From Candidatus Omnitrophota bacterium (GTDB taxonomy: Bacteria; Omnitrophota; Gorgyraeia; Zapsychrales; Zapsychraceae), in NCBI GenBank assembly GCA_029261065.1, contig JAJDCB010000030.1, positions 132,876 through 196,875 on the forward strand: a DNA stretch of 64,000 nt, in the 5' to 3' direction. The notes below the pieces were generated by a model. That model had not been told where the DNA came from. It did no database searches and saw only the letters and a program-made list of their open reading frames with translations. Below, piece by piece: positions 20,384 to 30,227 of the stretch (position 1 is the stretch's first letter; each line of letters begins with the position of its first letter). Position numbers and translations under genes: made by a program.

Positions 20384-21787
20384 ATGTCTGTTTCCATTTA
20401 CAATTCTCTCACCAAAAAAAAAGAACCGCTGGTTCCTATTGATGGTAAAACGATAAAGATGTACTCCTGTGGCGTGACGGTTTACGACCATTGTCATATA
20501 GGACATGCCCGCAGTCTTTACATATTTAATGTTATCATTACCTACCTTAGATATCGAAAATATGATGTGCATTTCGTGCGTAACATTACAGATGTCGATG
20601 ACAAAATTATTAATAAAGCGATCGAATTAAAAAAAGAAGCTCGTGTTGTTTCGGAGGAGAATATTGAATCTTATTATCAAGACTTAAAGTCTTTAGGGAT
20701 TGCCAAAGCTGATAAGGAGCCTAAGGCTACAGAGAATATTGATGGCATGATTACGATGATTGAATCCCTTATCGAAAAAGGCTTTGCTTATGATGTGGAT
20801 GGTGATGTGTATTTTAATATTCGTCAGTTTAAAACATATGGAAAGCTCTCCGGTCAGAGTATTGAGAAAATGATGGATGCGGTGCGTATTGAGGCGGATG
20901 CTAAGAAAAAAGATCCTCTTGATTTTGCGTTATGGAAAAAATCTAAACAGGGTGAACCATCCTGGGAGAGTCCTTGGGGAGCTGGTCGGCCTGGGTGGCA
21001 TATTGAGTGTTCATGTATGAGTTTAAAACACTTAAATTGTGAAACGTTAGATATTCATGCGGGGGGGCGCGATTTAATCTTTCCCCATCATGAAAATGAA
21101 ATTGCTCAAGCGGAAGCCGCAACAGGGAAACCGTTCGCCAAATATTGGATTCATCATGGTTTGCTAACCATCCGTGGACAAAAAATGGCTAAGTCGTTGG
21201 GTAATTTTATTACAATTAAGGATGCTTTAGAAAAATATAGCGTTGATCAATTAAAGATGTTTTATCTTACATCTCATTATGCGAGTCCTATTGATTTTAC
21301 TGAAGAGAAAATGGAGGAAGCAAATAAGGTTTTAGAGCGATTTCAAATATTGTTTCACAAAACGAAGAACATTGTTTCAGATCCTGCGTTAAATCCTGTT
21401 ACCGCTGACTTTATAGATCAGCATAAAAAAAGTTTCATTGAAGCGATGGACGATGACTTTAACACCGCACGCGGTTTGGCTTCTTTATTTGAGTTGCTCA
21501 ATGATACGAATAAGTTTCTTGATCAAAAGAAAGATAATGATAAGTATCAAGAAATTGTCCTTTGTGCTGTTTTGGCTATTAAAGAGTTTGCTACTGAAGT
21601 CTTTGGTTTGTTTGCATCAGAAAAAGAAGAACAGCTTACGGAAGAAGAAGCTCGTTTGATTGATGAGAGAAAAGCAGCTAGAGAAGATAAAGATTTTAAA
21701 CGATCCGATGAGTTGCGTGATCTGCTTAAGTCTAAAGGTATTAGCGTCGAGGATACGAAAGAAGGGCAAATTTGGAGAAGGGGATGA
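20384..21787 (+). CDS. cysS: Cysteinyl-tRNA synthetase
   Basis: CGVTVYD..HIGH, GRPGWHIECS, DLIFPHHENE, KMAKS. Confidence 0.98.
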   Translation: MSVSIYNSLTKKKEPLVPIDGKTIKMYSCGVTVYDHCHIGHARSLYIFNVIITYLRYRKYDVHFVRNITDVDDKIINKAIELKKEARVVSEENIESYYQDLKSLGIAKADKEPKATENIDGMITMIESLIEKGFAYDVDGDVYFNIRQFKTYGKLSGQSIEKMMDAVRIEADAKKKDPLDFALWKKSKQGEPSWESPWGAGRPGWHIECSCMSLKHLNCETLDIHAGGRDLIFPHHENEIAQAEAATGKPFAKYWIHHGLLTIRGQKMAKSLGNFITIKDALEKYSVDQLKMFYLTSHYASPIDFTEEKMEEANKVLERFQILFHKTKNIVSDPALNPVTADFIDQHKKSFIEAMDDDFNTARGLASLFELLNDTNKFLDQKKDNDKYQEIVLCAVLAIKEFATEVFGLFASEKEEQLTEEEARLIDERKAAREDKDFKRSDELRDLLKSKGISVEDTKEGQIWRRG

Positions 21788-22404
21788 AAGGGTATTTTAT
21801 CACGTTTGAAGGATCAGAAGGGTCTGGGAAAAGTACACAGATTAATCTAATCCACAAATATTTAAAGAAAAGGGAAGTCCCTGTCGTCTTTGTGCGTGAG
21901 CCTGGTGGTGTAAAAATTAGTGAGAAGATTCGTAATCTGTTATTAGATGTGAAGAATGAGGTGATGTGTCAACAATCAGAAACGTTATTGTATATGGCGG
22001 CTCGTGCACAATTGGTTTGCGAAATTATTGAACCTGCGTTAAAAAAAGGGGAGGTTGTTTTGTGCGATCGTTATCTTGATTCAACGGTTGTGTATCAAGG
22101 TTATGGTAGTGGTGTTGATATTGATTTTATTAAAACAATCGGTGCCTTTGCTACACGTTCTATTACACCAGACTTAACATTTATTTTTGATATTGATGCC
22201 AAGGAAGGATTATCCAGAATTAATCGAGCCAAAGATCGCATTGAACAGCGTAATATTAGTTATCACAATCGTGTGCGCAAAGGCTATCAAGAGCTCGCGC
22301 GTTTAGAGCCACAAAGAGTCAAGTTGTTAAAGGGAAATGATAAAAAAGAAGATATTCAACAGCAGGTCTGCGCGCATGTTAGCGCATTGTTGGGATTAAA
22401 ATGA
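21784..22404 (+). CDS. tmk: Thymidylate kinase
   Basis: FITFEGSEGSGKST, REPGG, VLCDRY. Start ATG 21784 overlaps the cysS stop (ATGA). Confidence 0.96.
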   Translation: MKGYFITFEGSEGSGKSTQINLIHKYLKKREVPVVFVREPGGVKISEKIRNLLLDVKNEVMCQQSETLLYMAARAQLVCEIIEPALKKGEVVLCDRYLDSTVVYQGYGSGVDIDFIKTIGAFATRSITPDLTFIFDIDAKEGLSRINRAKDRIEQRNISYHNRVRKGYQELARLEPQRVKLLKGNDKKEDIQQQVCAHVSALLGLK

Positions 22405-23375
22405 TCAAACAAGAGTTTCTCATCGAACAATCCGTAATCCAGAAGTTTAAAACGTTGAAAAAAAACAACCGTATGGCACACGCTTATCTATTTGTCGGCC
22501 CAAGAGGCTCTGGTAAAAAAGAGACGTCTGTTGCTTTGGCTAAAGCCTTAAATTGCGAAGAGCATGCAAAGAGGGATGATTTTTTATTCTGTGATCGTTG
22601 TCCTGCTTGTATGAAAATGAACACAGAACAGCACCCTGATGTTCATATGATTGATAATGGATTTAAAGAAAAGATTAAAATAGAACAAATTAGGGGTATT
22701 ATTAGCCAAATGCGATTAATGCCTTTTATGTCAGAACGGAAGATGTTTATTATCAACCATATAGAGAACTTCACGTTGGAAAGCTCAAACGCTCTATTAA
22801 AGACATTAGAGGAGCCCTCAGCTAAGACATTGTTAATTTTAACAACATCTGTGCCTGAGAAGATTTTAGCGACTATTAAATCCAGGTGTCATCCCGTGGC
22901 TTTTCACGCGCTACCCAACTCTGAGCTTGCTAAGCGGCTTAATCAGTACTATGATGAGAGCATTCTAGACGCTAAAATGTTGTCTCATTTTAGTGATGGT
23001 TCTTTGGGAAAAGCCGTAGAATTGAAAGAAAAGAACTTTTTAGCGTTAAAAGATAGTTATCTTGATGAATTTTTGTTTTCTTATGACAGTGAGAATTTTA
23101 TTAAAAAATTGTTAGCTGATAAAGAAAACATTTATGATTTTTTAAATGTGCTATTTAGTTGGGTTCGAGATGCGATTTTGGTTAAGGCTGGTGTTGAAGA
23201 TGAGCGGCTTATTCATCAAAATCGTATTCAAGATATTCATATGTTTCAGATCAAGTTTACGTTTCAAGAGTTGAATGATCTCAGTCATGAAATCACACGT
23301 GTTTATAAATTAGTTGAAGACAACTTTAATCTAAAAATACCACTTCTTATTATTAAAGAGAAATTGCATAAATAG
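22401..23375 (+). CDS. holB: DNA polymerase III delta' subunit
   Basis: HAYLFVGPRGSGK, C..C zinc motif with HPD, NALLKTLEEP, TIKSRC; follows tmk. Confidence 0.93.
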   Translation: MIKQEFLIEQSVIQKFKTLKKNNRMAHAYLFVGPRGSGKKETSVALAKALNCEEHAKRDDFLFCDRCPACMKMNTEQHPDVHMIDNGFKEKIKIEQIRGIISQMRLMPFMSERKMFIINHIENFTLESSNALLKTLEEPSAKTLLILTTSVPEKILATIKSRCHPVAFHALPNSELAKRLNQYYDESILDAKMLSHFSDGSLGKAVELKEKNFLALKDSYLDEFLFSYDSENFIKKLLADKENIYDFLNVLFSWVRDAILVKAGVEDERLIHQNRIQDIHMFQIKFTFQELNDLSHEITRVYKLVEDNFNLKIPLLIIKEKLHK

Positions 23376-23408
23376 CAGAAGATGGTTTTATAAAAATAGG
23401 AGCCGTTT

Positions 23409-24200
23409 ATGGGAAAAGCTGTTCAAGTAAGACTTGGAGAATACCGTCCGGCTACATTATTTGATCTTAATAACATAGAATGTGATCGAGGCGATTTTGT
23501 CGTTTTAGAAGTGGATCGCGGTTCGGAATATGGTTTGGTGATTACAGATGTTAAAAGCACTTGTAAGGGAAAGATAGAAAATACAAAGGGAAGAATTTTA
23601 CGTAAAGCCACAGAAGGCGATTTAAAACAAATAGATAATAATTCCAGTAAAGCAAAAGAAGCGTTAAGTGCCTGTGTGCGCAAAGTTACAGATCGTAAAC
23701 TTGATATGCAGATCGTAAAGGCTGAGTACACTTTTGATAGTAGCAAGATTATATTTTTTTTCACCGCTGATGGTCGTGTTGACTTTCGTAATCTTGTTAA
23801 AGATTTAGCGCGTATTTTTCGCGTTCGTATTGAGCTTAAACAAATAGGTGTCCGTGACAAAGCCAAAATTGTAAGTGGTTATGGTGTTTGTGGTCGAGAA
23901 TTGTGCTGTTCTTCTTATATGAAAGGTTTTCATCCTTTGTCGATCAAGATGGCCAAAGAGCAGGGTTTACCCCTTAATCCATCACGAATTTCTGGGGTCT
24001 GCGGGCGTATAAAATGTTGCATGGCTTATGAATTTAACGTCTATAAAGAGTTTTCGAAATCATTACCTCGTGTTGGTGAAAAAATCACTTGGACGGAGGG
24101 AAAGGGCCGCGTTATTGAGGTTAATATCCTTAAGCGGCTTGTAAGTGCGGAGATGGCGGAAGGTCATATTGTCAAAAAAGAATTTGAGATGAATGCATAG
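23409..24200 (+). CDS. ricT: PSP1/YaaT (RicT) family Fe-S protein
   Basis: RVDFRNLVKDLA, RIELKQIGVRD, GVCGRELCC, ISGVCGRIKCC; holB-yaaT synteny. Confidence 0.9.
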   Translation: MGKAVQVRLGEYRPATLFDLNNIECDRGDFVVLEVDRGSEYGLVITDVKSTCKGKIENTKGRILRKATEGDLKQIDNNSSKAKEALSACVRKVTDRKLDMQIVKAEYTFDSSKIIFFFTADGRVDFRNLVKDLARIFRVRIELKQIGVRDKAKIVSGYGVCGRELCCSSYMKGFHPLSIKMAKEQGLPLNPSRISGVCGRIKCCMAYEFNVYKEFSKSLPRVGEKITWTEGKGRVIEVNILKRLVSAEMAEGHIVKKEFEMNA

Positions 24201-24212
24201 TCTTTTTAGTAG

Positions 24213-24263
24213 GGTTACTATTGGTGTTTTAATTATATAAAACAATCTATAGTAACCTTTTTT
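24213..24263 (+). terminator. Putative intrinsic terminator after yaaT
   Basis: GGTTACTAT..TGTTTTA / TAAAACA..ATAGTAACC imperfect stem followed by TTTTTT. Confidence 0.45.
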
Positions 24264-24287
24264 CGTGTCAGTTGAAGAATAGAAATA

Positions 24288-24377
24288 GATTCCCGCTTTC
24301 GCGGGAACGACAGTCATTTGTCATGCGCGTTTTCACAAGAGCGACAATCACTTGTCATTCCCGCGAAAGCGGGAATC
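24288..24377. repeat. TGTC-tagged REP doublet with tags facing inward and a degenerate middle unit
   Basis: GATTCCCGCTTTCGCGGGAACGACA (24288-24312), degenerate TGTCATGCGCG...GCGACA (24319-24346), TGTCATTCCCGCGAAAGCGGGAATC (24353-24377). Confidence 0.85.
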
Positions 24378-24410
24378 AAATAATAATTTTATTACAAATT
24401 TTACTCAAAT

Positions 24411-25916
24411 ATGAAAAAGAAATTTTACATCACAACTCCCATCTACTACGTAAATGACAAACCTCACATTGGGCATGCCTACACAACGATTTTGGCTGAT
24501 GTTCTAACACGTTTTCATAAGTCTCAAGGGCAAGAAACTTTTTTTCTAACAGGACTTGATGAGCATGGGCAAAAGGTTGAACAAGCCGCTCGTGCGCGTA
24601 ATCTATCCCCCAAAGAACATTGCGACGATTTGGCTCCTCGATTCTTACAACTCTGGGAAAAATTAGAAATTCAATATGACGATTTTATTCGTACCACCGA
24701 AGCCCGTCACGTGAAGGTCGTCCAATCTGCGCTTCAACAAGCCTATGATTCTGGTGATATATATTCCGATGAATATGAAGGTTGGTATTCCGTTGCTGAG
24801 GAGCGTTTTATTACAGAGACTGAAAAAGAGTCAGGCGATTTTCGAGATGTGAAGAAGCTAAAGGAATGTAATTGGTTTTTCCGTATGAGTAAGTATCAAC
24901 AAAAGCTCCTCGATTACATAGAAGATAATCCTAGTTATATCCTACCCGAACATAGAAAGAATGAAATTCTAGGTTTTTTAAGACAACCATTATCAGATTT
25001 ATGTATTTCTCGCCCTAAAGAGCGTTTAAATTGGGGGATTGAGCTTCCTTTTGATCAGGATTATGTGACGTATGTTTGGTTTGATGCATTACTCAATTAT
25101 GTTTCTGGCTCTGGCTATTTATCAGACGATAAAAAATTTAAAGAATGTTGGCCGGCTGATATTCATCTTATTGGAAAAGATATTCTGACAACGCACGCCG
25201 TTTATTGGAGCACGATGTTGTTTTCTCTAAATATCCCGTTACCTAAATCCATTTTTGCTCACGGTTGGTGGATGCTAGATAAATCAAAGATGAGTAAGTC
25301 TTTAGGCAATGTGGTTAATCCTTTAGATTTAATTGATGAATATGGAGTCGATCCTGTTCGGTATTATTTAATGCGAGAGATGGTTTTAGGACAAGATGCG
25401 AATTTTACAATGGAATCGTTTATCAAACGTTTTAATAGTGATTTAGCTAATGATTTTGGAAATCTGCTTAATCGATTAAGTGGGTTAATAGGAAAAAATT
25501 TTGATGGATGTGTTCCAGAAGAAGGTAGTTTGACAGACGACGATCAATTGATAAAACAAGCAGCTGAGAAACTGGATAAGTCTGTAACGGAGATGGTCAA
25601 TCAATTAAAGATTAATGATGCGATTGAAGCGGTTTTGCAATTAGTGCGTATGGTAAACAAATATATGGAGGTACAAGCCCCATGGAAAGTTGCTAAAACA
25701 GATTTATCACGTGCTGGAACCATTCTTTATACAGCCGCAGAAGCCTTACGGATTTCAGCCGTACATCTTCTTCCTGTTATGCCTATAAGAGCTCAGAAAG
25801 TGTTGGATGTTTTAGGCGCTCCTAAGAGTTTGGCACAGTGGGGAGGCCTAAAAGCTGGCACCAAATTAAAAGAACACGAAGCCTTGTTTCCAAGGCTTGA
25901 GATAGATAAAGAGTAA
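24411..25916 (+). CDS. metG: Methionyl-tRNA synthetase, short MetRS1-like form
   Basis: FYITTPIYYVN..HIGHAY, YVWFDALLNY, GKDI, KMSKS; no C-terminal tRNA-binding/dimerisation domain. Confidence 0.96.
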   Translation: MKKKFYITTPIYYVNDKPHIGHAYTTILADVLTRFHKSQGQETFFLTGLDEHGQKVEQAARARNLSPKEHCDDLAPRFLQLWEKLEIQYDDFIRTTEARHVKVVQSALQQAYDSGDIYSDEYEGWYSVAEERFITETEKESGDFRDVKKLKECNWFFRMSKYQQKLLDYIEDNPSYILPEHRKNEILGFLRQPLSDLCISRPKERLNWGIELPFDQDYVTYVWFDALLNYVSGSGYLSDDKKFKECWPADIHLIGKDILTTHAVYWSTMLFSLNIPLPKSIFAHGWWMLDKSKMSKSLGNVVNPLDLIDEYGVDPVRYYLMREMVLGQDANFTMESFIKRFNSDLANDFGNLLNRLSGLIGKNFDGCVPEEGSLTDDDQLIKQAAEKLDKSVTEMVNQLKINDAIEAVLQLVRMVNKYMEVQAPWKVAKTDLSRAGTILYTAAEALRISAVHLLPVMPIRAQKVLDVLGAPKSLAQWGGLKAGTKLKEHEALFPRLEIDKE

Positions 25917-25932
25917 GAGGGAGAAAGGGTAG

Positions 25933-26970
25933 ATGAATTCACCTACGATTTGTTGGCAAAGAGGATGTGTTAAGTTAATTGATCAAACGAAGTTGCCAAA
26001 TAAATGTGAGTATATTATTTGTCGCGATGTAAAAACGCTTTGGAAAGCGATTAAAGTGTTAAGCGTGCGTGGAGCTCCAGCCATTGGGGTCGCGGCAGGT
26101 TTTGGTGTGTTGTTGGGGATGAAGACATTTAAGGGGGATGACTCAAAGAAGTTTCGTAAACACATTTATAAGGTGTCTGATTACATCGCAACGTCGCGTC
26201 CTACAGCCGTGAATTTGTTTAATGTTTTGGATCGTATGAAAACAGTGCTGGCGCGACACATGGATTTGTCAGTCTCTCAGTTAAAGAAAATACTTACAGA
26301 TGAAGCCTTAGCAATCTATGAAGAAGACCGTCGTGTCTGTCGCGAGATGGGGAAACATGGTGCCAGTTTAATTAAATCTGGTCAAAGTGTGATGACGGTT
26401 TGTAATGCCGGGGCTTTAGCTACCGTCGATTATGGAACGGCGTTGGGTGTGTTCTATAGTGCTAAGGAAAGTAAAAAGAAGTTTAAGGTTTATGCCTGTG
26501 AAACACGACCGCTCCTGCAAGGGGCGCGTTTAACAACATGGGAACTGCTTCGGGCAAAAATTGATACGACTCTAATTTGTGATAACATGGCCGCATCTTT
26601 AATGAAAAAGCAGCAGATAGATGCTATTTTTACAGGAGCTGATCGTATTGCCATGAATGGAGATTCCGCTAATAAAATTGGAACGTATAGTCTAGCTGTA
26701 TTAGCCAAACATCATCGTATTCCTTTCTACATCGTAGCGCCTCGATCAACATTTGATCGAAAGATTAAAACAGGTCGTGATATTCCTATCGAAGAACGTG
26801 GGCGTGAGGAAGTTATTTCTTTTGGAAATCGTCCTACAGCACCAAAAGGTGTTAAAGTTTATAATCCAGCCTTTGATGTGACGGAGAATAAGTTGATAAC
26901 GGCAATAATTACTGAGAAGGGTATTATCCACGCCCCCAATAAGCTTAAAGTTAATCAGTTGTTTTTTTGA
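25933..26970 (+). CDS. mtnA: S-methyl-5-thioribose-1-phosphate isomerase
   Basis: LIDQTKLP, VRGAPAIG, SRPTAVNL, CNAGALAT..YGTALG, ETRPLLQGARLT, NPAFDVT. Confidence 0.96.
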   Translation: MNSPTICWQRGCVKLIDQTKLPNKCEYIICRDVKTLWKAIKVLSVRGAPAIGVAAGFGVLLGMKTFKGDDSKKFRKHIYKVSDYIATSRPTAVNLFNVLDRMKTVLARHMDLSVSQLKKILTDEALAIYEEDRRVCREMGKHGASLIKSGQSVMTVCNAGALATVDYGTALGVFYSAKESKKKFKVYACETRPLLQGARLTTWELLRAKIDTTLICDNMAASLMKKQQIDAIFTGADRIAMNGDSANKIGTYSLAVLAKHHRIPFYIVAPRSTFDRKIKTGRDIPIEERGREEVISFGNRPTAPKGVKVYNPAFDVTENKLITAIITEKGIIHAPNKLKVNQLFF

Positions 26971-27003
26971 TGCCTCATAAAAAAAGATTTATAACTTCTT
27001 ATC

Positions 27004-27918
27004 ATGCCTCAAACACTATCTCAATTCGGTGAATTTCCTTTAATAGATTTTCTTAAGAAACAAACCTTTAGAAAAAATAAAGATGTTTTAGAAGGTATCG
27101 GAGATGATACGGCAGTCGTTTCTTATACGAATGATAAGTATCTTTTATTAACGACGGATATGCTTATTGAAGGTGTCCATTTTAAAAAATCGATGGATGC
27201 TTTTTATATTGGTCATAAAGCTTTGGCTTGTAGTATCAGTGACATAGCAGCTATGGGGGGAATGCCTAAATACGCTCTAATTTCGATTGGTTTACCGGCA
27301 GGGTTAGATGTTGCGTTTGTAAAAAAAATATATGAGGGGATGAATCAATTGGCTAAGATGTTTGGCGTGAATATCGTCGGTGGAGATACGGTAAAAGGAA
27401 ATAAGATTATCATTAATGTTTCTCTCACGGGCGAGGTTAAAAAGAAAAATCTCGTTAGACGCAGTACGGCAAAGTTGGGTGATAATATTTATGTGACAGG
27501 TGCTTTGGGACGGTCTTATATAAATGGAGGGCATTTAACGTTTATTCCTCGTATTAACGATTCGCAATATCTTATTAAGCACATTAAGCCAACCGCGATG
27601 ATTGATATCTCGGATGGACTTGTGGCAGATTTAAGGCATGTGGCTAAAGCTTCAAGGCTTAAAGCAAGATTGGATCAGAGTAGAATTCCGCGCACGAAGA
27701 ATGCGACTATTAGTCATGCTTTATATGATGGAGAAGATTTTGAATTACTCTTTACTGCTTCTGCCTACAAAGATGAAAAGTTAATGCGGGCACAAACGAG
27801 GGGGATTGCATTTTTTAAAATAGGAGAAATGATAGCAGGCCGTGGGGGAGAAGTTGATATGATAGATACGAATGGAAAAATAAAAAAAGTTTTAAAAAAA
27901 GGATACATACATTTTTAA
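27004..27918 (+). CDS. thiL: Thiamine-monophosphate kinase
   Basis: GEFPLI, GIGDDTAV, TDMLIEGVHF, SDIAAMGG, MIDISDGL, GEDFELLFT. Confidence 0.95.
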   Translation: MPQTLSQFGEFPLIDFLKKQTFRKNKDVLEGIGDDTAVVSYTNDKYLLLTTDMLIEGVHFKKSMDAFYIGHKALACSISDIAAMGGMPKYALISIGLPAGLDVAFVKKIYEGMNQLAKMFGVNIVGGDTVKGNKIIINVSLTGEVKKKNLVRRSTAKLGDNIYVTGALGRSYINGGHLTFIPRINDSQYLIKHIKPTAMIDISDGLVADLRHVAKASRLKARLDQSRIPRTKNATISHALYDGEDFELLFTASAYKDEKLMRAQTRGIAFFKIGEMIAGRGGEVDMIDTNGKIKKVLKKGYIHF

Positions 27919-28379
27919 TGAAACAAACTGTTCATCATTCGAAAAGTGAGAAAGAAACGCAAAGTTTGGCAGCCAAGCTAGCAAAATTGTTAAAGGGCTC
28001 TGAGATAATTTGTTTATTTGGCGATTTAGGAGCAGGTAAGACCACCTTTGTTAAAGGCATGGCGAAAGCCTTTAAAATTGATCCCAAAACGGTTTCGAGT
28101 CCCACGTTTGTATTTTTAAATATTTATAAAGGAAAGCTACCCTTATATCATTTTGATCTCTATCGCGTGGAAGATATTGAAGATTTAGGAGGCATTGGGT
28201 ATGATGAGTTTCTATACGGCGAAGGTGTTGCTCTTGTGGAATGGGCGGATAAGTTGGGTGAATTGATGCCAAAAGAGTATCTCTCTATTGAAATTTGTCA
28301 TAAGGGAGCGGACACCCGTGATCTTAAGATTAATGCGGTAGGAGAAAAATATGATAAGCTTATCAAAGGTTTAAAGTGA
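27918..28379 (+). CDS. tsaE: tRNA threonylcarbamoyladenosine biosynthesis ATPase TsaE
   Basis: GDLGAGKTTF, VSSPTF, HFDLYR, VEWAD. Confidence 0.96.
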   Translation: MKQTVHHSKSEKETQSLAAKLAKLLKGSEIICLFGDLGAGKTTFVKGMAKAFKIDPKTVSSPTFVFLNIYKGKLPLYHFDLYRVEDIEDLGGIGYDEFLYGEGVALVEWADKLGELMPKEYLSIEICHKGADTRDLKINAVGEKYDKLIKGLK

Positions 28380-29056
28380 TGAAACTTTTAAGCATCGATA
28401 CATCATCAAAAACGTTATCTCTTGCCATTTCAAAGGGAGAGGTTATCCTTGCATACAAAAATACAGCAATCAAAAAAAATTTAGCCGATGTGTTAATGCC
28501 AAATATTTTATCTTTGTTAAAGAAAGCTGGGATGACTTTAAAGAAGTTGGATGGTTTTGTTGTCGGTTTAGGCCCGGGAAGTTTTACCGGTTTGCGTGTG
28601 GGGGTTGCTACTATTAAAGGTTTGGCGTTTGCAACAGAAAAACCTGTTGTTGGGATTTCTAGTCTAGATGTGATTGCCCAAGATGTTAAGCCTTCGGTTT
28701 CTCAAGTTTGTGTCATGGTTGATGCCCGGCGAAATTTGGTGTATTCGGCAATATTTACAAGAAAGAACGGAGTTTTAAAGAAGAGTGGTAAGTATTTATT
28801 AGCTAATTTAGAAGAGACCATTAAGCGCGTTAAAAGTCCAACGGTTTTTGTGGGAGATGGTGCTACGTTATATGAAGAGGGTATTCTAAAAGCTTTAACG
28901 AGTAATGCAGTTTGTGTTGATAAGAAAATTGTTTACCCAGATGCGCGTCGTTTAAGTTTATTGGGATTAGAACGGTTTTTGTTAAAGAATACCGATGATG
29001 TATCAAAACTTGAACCTTTATATCTTTATCCAGAGGATTGCCAAGTGAGACGGTAA
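28376..29056 (+). CDS. tsaB: tRNA threonylcarbamoyladenosine biosynthesis protein TsaB
   Basis: LSIDTSS, GPGSFTGLRVG, DARR, PLYL. Confidence 0.95.
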   Translation: MMKLLSIDTSSKTLSLAISKGEVILAYKNTAIKKNLADVLMPNILSLLKKAGMTLKKLDGFVVGLGPGSFTGLRVGVATIKGLAFATEKPVVGISSLDVIAQDVKPSVSQVCVMVDARRNLVYSAIFTRKNGVLKKSGKYLLANLEETIKRVKSPTVFVGDGATLYEEGILKALTSNAVCVDKKIVYPDARRLSLLGLERFLLKNTDDVSKLEPLYLYPEDCQVRR

Positions 29057-29057
29057 T

Positions 29058-30227
29058 ATGAGTAAATCTAAAGATCATTTGACCTGGGCCCAAGTTGACA
29101 CCAAAGCTATTAAACATAATATAGCTGTGTTGAATCGATTAGCCCAAAAAAATAAGTTTCTCCTTCCAACGCGTCCTAACAATTACAAAAGAAAGAACTC
29201 TGTTGAATTAATGCCTGTTATTAAAGCAGATGCTTATGGTCATGGGATGAAAGAAGTTGCTGCTATTTTGGATCAACAAGGCATTAAACGTTTTGCTGTT
29301 TCCGATCTCAAAGAAGGGAAGTTATTACGGAATCTTGGATTCAAACAACACATTCTTTTGTTTGAAAGCACTCTACCAACCTTTGCTCAAGATATTCTTG
29401 ATTATCAGTTAACACCAACTGTCTGCACGCTTGAGTTAGCACAGAGTCTCAATCGATTAGCTAAAAAGAGTAAAAGGCGTCTCTCTATTCATATTAAAAT
29501 AGATACGGGCATGGGGCGTCTTGGCGTTTGGTATGAGCAGGCACATGATTTTGTTAGACAATTACAAAAGTTACATCATCTCGTTATTACAGGGATTTAT
29601 ACCCATTTTCCTGTTGCTGATACAAACAAAACTTTTACGAGCAATCAAATCAAAAAGCTTTTTCAACTCATACTAACCCTAGATCAGAACGCCTTAGTTA
29701 TTCCTTATATTCATGCATCAAACAGTATGGGATTGATGGGGTATAAGACAAGTGTGCTTAATTTAGCTAGACCTGGTCTCTTGCTTTATGGATTATCTCC
29801 CTCGGTAAATAAAAAAAATGTGCTTAATCTTAAACCTGCATTAAGTGTGAAGTCCACGGTTATTTATATCAAAACATTGGAACGAGGGCGTGGGGTGAGT
29901 TATGGACAGAAGTTTATTGCTAAAAAAAGAATGAAGGTTGCTACCATTCCCATTGGCTATCAAGATGGTTATTTTCGGTCTCTTTCTAATAAAGCTTATG
30001 TTCTTATCGGTGGGTGTCGATGCCCGTTGCTAGGACATGTAACGATGGATCAGATTGTAGTTGATATCACAAAAGTTAAAGATTCTTATTTAGGAATGCC
30101 TGTTGTTATTTTAGGGTCTCAGAAAAAACAAACCATTACAGCAGAAGAACTCGCCAAACATGCCGACACGATCAATTATGAAATTGTCTGTGCTCTTGGG
30201 GCTCGCTTACCTAAAGTTCATCGTTGA
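29058..30227 (+). CDS. alr: Alanine racemase
   Basis: VIKADAYGHG (PLP lysine), KIDTGMGRLG, GVSYG, IGYQDG, GHVTMDQ, TINYEI. Confidence 0.96.
   Translation: MSKSKDHLTWAQVDTKAIKHNIAVLNRLAQKNKFLLPTRPNNYKRKNSVELMPVIKADAYGHGMKEVAAILDQQGIKRFAVSDLKEGKLLRNLGFKQHILLFESTLPTFAQDILDYQLTPTVCTLELAQSLNRLAKKSKRRLSIHIKIDTGMGRLGVWYEQAHDFVRQLQKLHHLVITGIYTHFPVADTNKTFTSNQIKKLFQLILTLDQNALVIPYIHASNSMGLMGYKTSVLNLARPGLLLYGLSPSVNKKNVLNLKPALSVKSTVIYIKTLERGRGVSYGQKFIAKKRMKVATIPIGYQDGYFRSLSNKAYVLIGGCRCPLLGHVTMDQIVVDITKVKDSYLGMPVVILGSQKKQTITAEELAKHADTINYEIVCALGARLPKVHR

Noticed and set aside
23423-23866. 147-aa antisense ORF in yaaT, and the many other 60-140 aa shadow ORFs
   Set aside because: Nested within well-supported genes, with no recognisable motifs or RBS.
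24201-24410. T-box or SAM riboswitch upstream of metG
   Set aside because: The region is explained by a terminator-like hairpin and REPs; no T-box (GGTGGNACCGCG) or SAM-I core seen.
24063-24457. Short ORFs 24063-24317 (-) and 24272-24457 (+)
   Set aside because: They are translations of the REP doublet (VVPAKAGI, RFPLSRE, CHSRESGN) and overlap yaaT or metG.
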